From the NCBI GenBank assembly GCA_039621445.1, contig CP154954.1:11180923-11200922 (forward strand): 20,000 nucleotides of DNA, read 5' to 3'. Below the pieces are notes generated by a model. It ran no database searches. It was given only the letters and a program-made list of their open reading frames with translations, and was not told the DNA's origin. Numbering within the stretch: position 1 is the stretch's first letter; each line of letters opens with the position of its first letter. Origin of the DNA: Euglena gracilis (lineage: Eukaryota). Shown here piece by piece: positions 11,296 through 18,751 of this stretch. Made by a program: the position numbers and the translations under genes.

Positions 11296-11817
11296 GATGA
11301 ACAGATGGAGGTAGGACCTGATCAACCCTGCCCCCCCTGCCCATCTGCCTTTCTGGTCGGTACCCGGGAAATTTTCGGGTCCCCCACCCCCCACTCCAGC
11401 TTTCCGCTCGGAATGTTGTGCAAAGTAGGAAAGGGTTCATGGGAAAGCTGGCAAGAAAACGTATTTTCGCCAGACCCTTCACTTTGCTTACCCCCCATGG
11501 AACTTTTGGTCCAAGCGGAAATCAAAATCCAAAATTTTTGTGCAAAAGTCAAAATTCTCATTGACACTGGTTGTCGCATTGCACTACTTTTTCGGTTCGG
11601 GTTGATACCAACCCCTCTCTTGGTGAAAGCCAAGAATCCGATCACAATTACGACGGCTGACAACACCCCCATGTGCGGTGGTGACTTGGGATGCTTTTTG
11701 GACATTGTCCTACCCCTCATCCCCAAGCACCACTCACACCACCCCCAACCGCAAAATTTTCCGGATACCTGGGGATACGAATCTGGAATCCACGGTTCTG
11801 ACGTAATTCTGGGATAC
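11260..11817 (+). pseudogene. pol: Aspartic protease of copy B, truncated by copy C
   Basis: LIDTGCRIAL and GIHGSDVILGY. Sequence after 11817 is LTR-derived. Confidence 0.88.
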
Positions 11818-11819
11818 AG

Positions 11820-12250
11820 TGTACGTCCAAAGCTTTCCCTTTTCCCCTTTTTGGGACTTTCTGTAAAAGCGTTTCGCTTTCGCCTTGGTGCGCAGCCTAC
11901 TTATTACTTATGGTAGGGAAAAGTCTTTGGAGTAACGAAAAGTGGTTTTCCCCTTTTCTTCCTAATTCCCCAAGAAGCAAAGCACAAAGCAAAGACTCAG
12001 AAGTTTCTTCTGAGATCAAGTTCGAATGTTCCGAGGGTTTTTCCCTCTGACAAAACCAATGGTCAAACTTTGGAAGAATGACAGTGAAGAATACCACCTG
12101 TGGTGGAAGGAGAGATAAGTGCTGACGTGTCCAGGGGCAGATCCCAGAAGGGTCTGCCACGATCTTACCAGCTGTGGACTTCCACAGTGGTGCGACCGTC
12201 ACAGAACCCACTCTGCAGATATCCTACAGAGCTGGGACGTGCCTGGTACA
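11820..12250 (-). repeat. Putative 3' LTR of copy C (431 bp)
   Basis: Minus strand starts TGTACCAGG (12250) and ends GGACGTACA (11820), giving 5-bp terminal inverted repeats TGTAC/GTACA. Preceded by a PPT, and the distal end coincides with the loss of copy B homology. The partner LTR is not in the window. Confidence 0.8.
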
Positions 12251-12252
12251 CA

Positions 12253-12262
12253 TCCCTCTCCC
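12253..12262 (-). promoter_or_regulatory. Polypurine tract
   Basis: Minus strand GGGAGAGGGA, a 2-nt spacer (TG), then the LTR start TGTAC. Confidence 0.8.
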
Positions 12263-13159
12263 AGGGCTACGCCCGATTCCTTCATGGACCAGGGTTTCCC
12301 AGTCCAGTCAGGATATCTGACGCTGCCCCAGGTGGGGTTCACTTCTCCATTCGGTGTCTCTCCTTTCCGCACAGTGGCATCCACCCAAAGCCCAAAAACG
12401 CACAAAAGGTTAGCCGCGTTTCGCGGTTACCTATTAGCCGTTTCGGCTTAGGTGGGGTGTGAAAAAGCCCACTGTGGGAAACGGGGCTTGGCAGGTTTCC
12501 TGACAAAGTGTCCCATCCACCCACTTTGGGTGTGCCAAAGGCACGCGGGGTTGGTCAAGCGATTCGCTGAAAACCCGAGGGGAGAGGTGTGGAAGGGGGG
12601 GGCAGGCTCCTATCCTGGTCATACCCGGATAGGGCTCCTAGGCGGTCATACCCGCACTAGGAAACAAAAGCCTACTTACAAAACCGACTGCCGGCGACAG
12701 CTTTGCGAGGGTGGGGGGAAAGTAGGGAGGAGAGGGGGGCTGGCTTAGGCCAGAACAGAATTTTTGCTGTCTGGCAGCCTTAAGAGGCCTTAGGGCCGAA
12801 AAGTGACAAGTTGGCCTATTATTACGGCGTGCGCGCTGTGTGCTGTGCGTCACTTAGCGGCTTGCCAGGTTTCCCGGCTGCCAAGGTCTTCACAGCAGTA
12901 GCTCCTTCACGATGCAATAAGAAGCGATTACCTCTTGCAGACGGTTTCCGTCCGCATGGCCATGGGCAGAGGGGTGGCTGGTGGCGGGGGGGGGGAAGGG
13001 CTCTTGGATGCTTCCATCCAGAGCGCAGAATGACACAGACCCGGGTTCATCCCAGGGCTGTTGAGCGATTTCCGCTACCAGTGTATATATATAGTATATG
13101 GATGTCCAGGCTCCATGAAGGCACTTACCTTACATGAGCCTGGTAATGCCGTTTCGGCA

Positions 13160-16100
13160 TTACATCCGTTCCAGCCGCCAATAATCATGGCGGGAGTCCA
13201 AGGGATCTTCCCCAAGGACCATCTGGAATTGTGGTGGTGGTGGCCTGTCTACGAGCCAGGTTTCTGGCGATTCGTATTCGAAATCAGGTGCCACCCAGTC
13301 CCGAACCCATCCTTCGGGGACTGTGTGCTTGGTTACACTCGCTCTTTCCGCGAGGAACCACTGCAGCTACTCCCAGAATTTCCTGGGCAGAGTTGCTGGC
13401 CAGATGAAGTGGTTCATCCTTGGGTGATTGGCTGACACCTGCGGGGCATTCCCCGGGTGGAAGTCAATCGGCACGTGATACGCACATTCTGCGCGGACTG
13501 TATGGGGTCGTAATACGGCCCCAAGCCAGTCTTTCCAGGTCATCCCGTGGTTTTCGGGTGGCCATTGTGGCAGACACCAGCGACCGTTTCGGTCCTGGTT
13601 TTGGAACAGGCTGAAAAGTATCTTTTCCCTGTCTGCTGTCTCCCAGAGGTAAGGTAATCTTACCCCTGCCTCCTCAGCGGCGAGGCGTATCGCCCCACCG
13701 TCGATCTGCCACCCACGGGCCATTCCCGTGTGGCGGGAGTCGTCGAGCTTGAGGTTGGCATACTTGAAAAAGTCCTTGAACTTTTTGTTCAAGGTGGAGT
13801 ATTCCTCCAGTGGCTTCTCGGCACTTGGCACGATTGTGGGTACTGCGCCTTCCGCAGTGTGCCAGAAGGTACCTCGAAGGCAGTTGACGCAGAGTATCGG
13901 TACATTCGTACCGTCTCGTTCATTGGAACTGAAATTGTGCTTGTGGGTCCAACTGTCCACGCACTTGGCGCATACCAAGGCGGCACAGTTAGGGATGTAT
14001 ACATCCTTATGGAAGGATTTCCGATCCACAGGGTTGCACACATGGACGAGGAGTAATCCCAGGTCAGGTGCACTGTTATACATCTTGTGGCATACAGTGC
14101 AAAGCCACACAAAACGGTTTTCCGTTGTCTTGTCGATGAGGAATTCCTCACCGAAGTAATGGGCCAAAACACGGGGAATCTGGAATTGTAATAATTCCAG
14201 GTCACGTTCTGATCAAAGGACCATTTTCGGCCCTGACAGAACAGTGGCTCAATCCACCGGTTGGGGCATTGCTGTGTCCTCAGTTTGTGGTCGATCATCA
14301 TGTACCTGGGTTTCAGGTCATGAATCTCAGGATCATCCTGATTGACCGCGTTCCAGTCGATGATAACTTCGTCTTCCGAAGGTGTCTCGGCTGTTGAGGC
14401 GCGGGATTTTCCCTGCCCCTTTGACGAAGGTTTCGGCTGTGAGGTTTTCCCATAGCCGGATGATGTGACGTGCGTGAATCCTTGTCCCGAGGGTAATCCC
14501 CGAGAGGAGGATGCAGCACTCTGGCCGCCAGCACCACCACCGCCTTTCGGTGGGGGCTGATCACCAGATCTCGGTGCGGGCTTACAAGGTGCGGCGCCCG
14601 GCTTTGATTTTGCCGGGGCCTTCGGGCATCCGGTTTCCGGAGCATCCGAGGGCCGCCGATCGGCGTCGCGCTTGCTTGCCCAGGTGCGTGGTGACGCTTG
14701 GGACGGGGGTCGTCTCCCCGACACCGAGCGTCGTTGACCTTCAGCAGGGGTTTCCCGGGCTGAGGGCCGTCAAACGCGTTCCCTCGCGGCTTCCGTGGGT
14801 TTCCCAGGGGCAGCCGTGGGGGATGGTGTGGGTGTAGGCTCGGCCGGCACGCTTCGTACTGGTTGAGCCTGTGGTGGGGGCATGGACGTCCGCTTGGCCT
14901 GCTTTTCAGGCGCCGGTGTCCGTGTGCCCGGATGCTTTGGTGCAGTGGCTATGGCTGTGCGCTGAGGTGCGGGTTCATCCCGTGCCTCGGCTGGCGCTAC
15001 CGGTGCTGATACAGGTTCATCCTGTACCGACACGGTTGTTGTTGTCTCCACTGCCATTGTTGTCTGTTCGCCTTCCGTCCGTGTCGCTTCCGACACCGGT
15101 GGTGGCGCCGCCGCTGGGGGAGGTTCATCCTCCACCATGGCTGTTGTGTCACGTGTGTCTTCTGTCGGCTGGGCAGCTTCCGCCGCAGCTGTGGAAGAAC
15201 TGGCCGCTGTGCCACGTGGGGTGACAACTGCGATGAGTGACCGCAAACCACCGAGTACGCGTCCGCCTAGCAAGGTGCGTCGTTCCTCACCTGAAGTGGG
15301 CTCCTCGGTTGGCTCCTCTGTTAACGGGGTTTCCCCGGGAACAGGGAGCTTGAGGCGTAATACCTCAGGCGTGTGGGGCACCGTCTCCGGCGGGTTTTCC
15401 CGCGGAGGGGTCGGTCTGCCCGTCGTACCCAGTGAGGCTGGCGACAGTGGGACAGGCGTCATTTCACCTGTCGGCGATCCTGGGCGCTGGGCAGTTTCTG
15501 CCACAGTGTCCAGCATCACGACCGATGGGCTACGGGTTTTCCGTGCAGGGGGTTCCACTGGCTGACGTTCATCCTCGGCCATAGGGACCGTTTCTTCCTC
15601 CTCCTCCGCTTCCGGAGGGTAGTCCTCTGTGTGGAGTTGTGCTGCAGTGCGCGGGTCCTTTCCGCTTCTGTAGCACCCCTGTGCGTCGGACAGGCGGTAA
15701 AAGCTTATACTTTCACTCCTGTCAGAGTTGGGGTAAGGAGGCGGCCACGACGCTCTCACCCAGCTTCCGGGTGGAGGTTGCGGCTCGTCCTCGTTGATCA
15801 GGCAGAGGTCTTCCCACTGCGATCGAAGGTTCCATCCCATACCCTGCTCTCCTGTGTCTTCCAGGAAAGCGGGCAATGGGACCGTATACCGAGTGTGACT
15901 TACCTCGCGTGCTGCGAAGAAAGGTTCGAACTACTTCCAGTCGAGGATATCCCCGAACTAGGTGTCCAGGTGATCCCGCAGACCACTTTCTGCCTGCTCC
16001 CATTCCGGCCGCAGGTTCATCCTGCGTCGGTCTGGGTCATGAGGTCTGGCGTCCACCTCGGTGTATCCCCGAGGTAACCACTTCCTGTGGATATCCACAT

Positions 16101-18591
16101 CAGTGGTCATCTGTTCCAGGAAATAAATGTAGACTTCCAGGACGTAGGTAATCCACGCCCTGTGCCGGTACTGTTGTAGCAGAAATATTTTCTGCCGGTG
16201 CTGTTTCAGCACCTTTCGATCTTGTGTCCCAATCTGGGGATTCCGGCACTGATGCAGGAGGAATCTCCTGGTCGGCTGGCTGCCGGCACTTTCGGCAGTC
16301 GGAGGCGGTTTTCCGCGTTCTCCGAAACCCCAGAAGTCAGCAATGTGAACTTCCTTGCAAAACTGGCATTCCAGTTTGTACCGCTGGGGGTACGCGAGGT
16401 CGATGTCCAGCACCTTGAACAGCGTGCCATACATGCTGTCCAAGTATACTTGGAGGTTGCGTGTGAACATTACCGCAGCCTGCGCCAGGAGTTTCTCCGG
16501 CAGGGGGTAATATTTCCACTGGATTCCCAGTGCTCCGACGGAATACATGTGGTTGAAGATTTCCTTCAACTGTGCTACGAACGTTTCGTCGTCAGGACAT
16601 GTTCCCAAACAGTCGGCATACGTATGACCGTGTCGGTCGGTAAAGATGCCGAAGTTCTGGCAGGGGTATCCCAACCAGAACCACAGCTCCCAGAAACCGG
16701 ACATCCGGTCCAGGACTATTTCATCCGAATGAGGGTATCCCTCAAACGCATAAAGTTCTGAACTGTAGAAAAAACGTTTGCAGTGATCGTACATACGATT
16801 CTGCACCACTTCGAGCACCGCATCCGGTGGTCGGTGGATCACGTTGCTTGCGTGTGTAAACTGTTGGAGATCTTCGTCGATTTTCGGCCAGATCTCCTGC
16901 AGGTAGGTGAAAACTACAGTAACATCATCGTCCTTCGTTTTCGAAGGTTCGGCGGCTTTTCCGCCCTTGCCTGCTAGGGGTCGGGCAGATTTTCCGCCTT
17001 TACCTGGAGTTGGCCAAGCGGCTTTTCCGCCTTTGCCAGGTGGGGCTTTCCCACCTTTCTCCTGGCCTTTTCCTTTCCCCTTACCCTTGCCCTTGCCTTT
17101 ACCCTTAACCTTTGTGTTAGACAGCCATTCGAATGTCGCCCAGTAATCCCACTATTCTGGGTCTTCTGGCGTAAACACAGGGTAAGTCACCGATTCCGTG
17201 CTTGGCGTTCGAGCAAATTCCTGCTCAGCGTCACCACGATTCGAGTAAACCGGTGCGACTGGGGATAGTCGAGTTTCCCGACGTGCCCGTTCTGCCGTCA
17301 CGTCCGGCGCTGGCGGAGCTTCCTCCTCAGCGTCGACGTGCATCGTCGCGGGCGGATTTTCCGACCTCGGCGAGCGGCGCTGTGGCTGCGGCGTCAGATG
17401 TTCCGGGCCGCGGTCACGCTTGCTGGCGGCAGAGCTTGTGGGTCGTGCTGGTGGCGCTTCCGCCACAGCAACGTCCTGCTGTCGCGCTGGTTGACTTGAT
17501 CGTGATGGAGCTGGGACGCCTGTGAGAGCTGACACAGCAGCATCATACTGCTGGCGCTCTTCCCGTGTCATTTCCGCCCGGGCAGGGTATCCCTGGCCAG
17601 CGGAAACAGGGGGGCGACGTGCGATTTGTCGTTGGATCGTCACAGCATATTCATACTGTTGACGCTCCTCCTCCGTCTCGAACGGCCGGCCAGTCCACGG
17701 GTTAACGGGTTCATCCCGTGCCGGGGGAACTGGTGCCGCACGAGGTGCTGCCGCGGCTTCCCGCGGACGAGCGCTTCGGGTCGCCTCAGACGTCAGGGGA
17801 GGGTTTCCCTCCGCAGGACGTCGTGAGATAGGGTCAGGTATGGTTGGGTGGGGTTGAGGTGGATACACGTACTGATCCCGTGGCATTGGCGCCTCCCGGG
17901 GGTAATCCCCAGAGACGGTGTACTGAGACACAGGCTCCTGCGCAGGATAATCCCGCCGGGGCATGCGCTCAGGGGATCGAAAAATACTTTCTTTCACACG
18001 TGGGTGTTCACTCCGGACAGGTGCTTCCACTGTCTCTTCCTCGGGTAATCCGGGGGAGTGAGCACGAAAATGTGCGGTGTAAGTGCCAACTGGTGGTACC
18101 TGCCGTGCTACCTGTGGCGGGACTTCCAAGCCCAGGTCACGCATGGTAATGTCCGCCGCGAATCCCGACGCGTCCGGGTCGGTGTAATACACAAGACCGG
18201 TCATCGTCGCCTGGGCGCACATACCCCACAGGGCCGGAGGGGTATTCGCGATGGTCAAAATTTTACGGCAGTGGTCATCCCACAATGCCTGGGTGAGTTG
18301 GTCTGGTGCCAGGTTTGCGCTCATACGCATAACCCGGCTCATCGTCTTCGCCGTGCGGTGGATCATCACACCCGCATACGGTGGGAGGCGACGAGAGCCT
18401 GATGGCTGAGATGGCCGCGCTTCCGCGGGCATCTGGGTCATCCTGCTACTGCTGCTGGCTTCAGGGTTTCCCTGAGTCGCAGTCCGTGTAGGTGGCTGCG
18501 TACCGTGTCGGTACGCATACTGGTCAGTTTGAGGGTGGGTTGTGGGGTGGTAAGGCGGTCCTCCGCCTGGCTCCCTTCCACCGGGCAGCAT
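13160..18591 (-). pseudogene. Giant extra ORF (~1,810 codons) of unknown function between pol and the 3' LTR
   Basis: ORFs 17152..18591, 15958..16842, 14770..15876 and 13789..14724 share one frame, separated only by point stops (TAG 17152, TAG 15958, TAG 15931, TGA 14770). One frameshift at the T-run 14166-14169 leads into 13367..14167, then TAG 13367, then open to TAA 13160-13162. Confidence 0.8.
16955..17110 (-). repeat. Coding Gly-Lys repeat in the extra ORF
   Basis: Translates KVKGKGKGKGKGKGQEKGGKAPPGKGGKAAWPTPGKGGKSARPLAGKGGKA with varied synonymous codons. Confidence 0.8.
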
Positions 18592-18682
18592 GATACCGCC
18601 CGGGGTCGGTACGGTGGGATGTTTGGGTTGTTGGTTGTAAGATGTGTAAGGGTAACCGCTTGAGTATTATTTGCCAAAAAGT

Positions 18683-18730
18683 CTGCGGAAAGAAAGAATG
18701 ATAAGAATCAATTATAAAAAAAAGAAAACA
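18683..18730 (-). promoter_or_regulatory. Candidate splice or trans-splice acceptor upstream of the extra ORF
   Basis: Minus strand TGTTTTCTTTTTTTTATAATTGATTCTTATCATTCTTTCTTTCCGCAG|AC. The first downstream ATG is the extra-ORF start at 18591, with A at -3. Confidence 0.6.
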
Positions 18731-18751
18731 ACATGGGTTTCCCATGCGTTC

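Larger units (their letters stand above)
4043..11817. repeat. Large imperfect inverted repeat: arm 4043..7590 versus arm 7592..11817, centre 7591
   Basis: ...CCATCACCAGAGAAGCCCGGTGGC ggaatcactca GCCACCGGGCTTCTCTGGTGATGG... Mirrored ORFs on both strands. About 14 differences in the first ~283 nt by hand. The 678-nt arm length difference is explained by three segments (216+49+411 nt) plus small indels. Confidence 0.97.
7592..11817 (+). mobile_element. Ty3/Gypsy-like copy B (ORF0-gag-protease only; truncated at both ends)
   Basis: Reverse-complement homologue of copy A. Homology stops after ...ATTCTGGGATAC at 11817, two bases before the copy C LTR. Confidence 0.93.

Noticed and set aside
11294-11330. 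CTGATGA hammerhead-ribozyme core after the gag hairpin
   Set aside because: Copy A has CTGGTGA, and no properly placed GAAA or stems II/III are found.
4043-11817. RIP-like or methylation-driven hypermutation of the duplicated arms
   Set aside because: In the hand-counted sample about 8 of 14 differences are transversions, with no dominant C>T/G>A bias.
11818-11916. C-terminal part of listed ORF 11305..11916 as protease
   Set aside because: Residues after ILGY are chance read-through into the antisense LTR of copy C.
15897-15906. Consensus donor GAG|GTAAGT on the minus strand within the extra ORF (another near 13123-13131)
   Set aside because: The reading frame continues through the first site, and no paired acceptor or intron-like composition follows. 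Not supportable without transcripts.
13367-17154. TAG reassigned to a sense codon (four of five internal stops in the extra ORF are TAG)
   Set aside because: TGA and TAA also interrupt conserved frames elsewhere, and the TAG at 10446-10448 aligns to a Ser codon in copy A. Ordinary nonsense decay explains the pattern.
13061-18402. Plus-strand ORFs opposite the extra ORF (for example 13728..14159, 15137..15565, 16198..16761)
   Set aside because: These are antisense shadows of a GC-rich coding frame with no recognisable motifs.
13160-18591. Calling the extra ORF env
   Set aside because: Only its position fits. No signal peptide, fusion peptide or transmembrane anchor is visible.
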